From assembly GCF_048593235.1 (NCBI RefSeq), contig NC_133621.1:29389254-29453253 (forward strand): 64,000 nt of DNA. The letters run 5' to 3'. Under the pieces are notes generated by a model that worked only from the letters and a program-made list of their open reading frames with translations, did not search any database and was not told where the DNA came from. A program made the position numbers and the translations under genes. Within the stretch, counting starts at the first letter, position 1. Every line of letters begins with the position of its first letter. Positions 63,561 through 64,000 of the stretch are shown in pieces. Origin of the DNA: Sminthopsis crassicaudata. Taxonomy: Eukaryota.

Positions 63561-64000
63561 GTAGCCATCTTGTCTACATTACAAAGTAGGAAGGAGGGGA
63601 ATTATATGATGAATTTGATGAGTCTCAACATGTCAACATAAAACTTGGTAATGATGTCAATATGAAAGAAAGCCAAAGGGAGAAGCTAAATTTTGTTTAA
63701 AAATATAGTTTAAAGATCAAGAAATAAATGAAATGACACATAATTAATCATAACCCAAATTTGTATAGGAGAAAAACTCTTAAAATTATTTTTCAATTAA
63801 AATCTGTTTTCCCTTCTCCTACTATTTATCCTTAAGGGAAAAGAGGAAAAAATATTTTACAAATATGAAGCCAAACAAAACAAATTCAATTTTTGCTCAA
63901 TTCCACGAAAAAAGAAAAAAAAAATCTGTGTTTTATTCTGTGCTCTAAGTTCCTCACCTCCCAGGAGTCTTATATTAACCTTCACAACTTGGCCCCTTCC

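Larger units (their letters stand above)
1..64000 (+). other. ZNF385D: Introns of ZNF385D flanking the single exon
   Basis: I found neither the preceding exon nor the following one (expected to start SQAAAHYKGTKH) by eye or in the ORF track, so both flanking introns probably extend past the window ends. A short missed exon cannot be fully excluded. Confidence 0.75.

Overview
AT-rich, strongly CpG-depleted mammalian genomic DNA with six short assembly gaps. The repeat content (MAR1- and WSINE1-type CORE-SINEs, RTE-type SINE-like pieces, marsupial-type L1 3' ends, L2, L3/CR1) indicates a marsupial, most likely a dasyurid such as the Tasmanian devil; this is inference from recalled repeat motifs, not a database search. 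The window lies inside ZNF385D on the + strand. I could support only one coding exon (30233-30343, [37 protein letters not shown], canonical AG/GT); the rest is intron. The standout is a 591-bp non-autonomous Tc1/mariner-superfamily (Tc2/pogo-like) DNA transposon at 54643-55233. It has perfect 23-bp TIRs, a TA duplication, about 26 intact CpGs, a GC-box/CCAAT/splice-donor cassette in the host gene's orientation and a 6x21-bp internal array. It looks very young and compositionally foreign, so it is a candidate for recent, possibly horizontal, acquisition. Also notable: a solo ERV LTR with a perfect 6-bp TSD, an inverted SINE pair that could fold into a hairpin about 470 nt upstream of the exon, and nested L1 clusters. 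I saw no rRNA, tRNA, CRISPR or viral-protein remnants. Repeat family names are from memory and most repeat boundaries are approximate (tens of bp).
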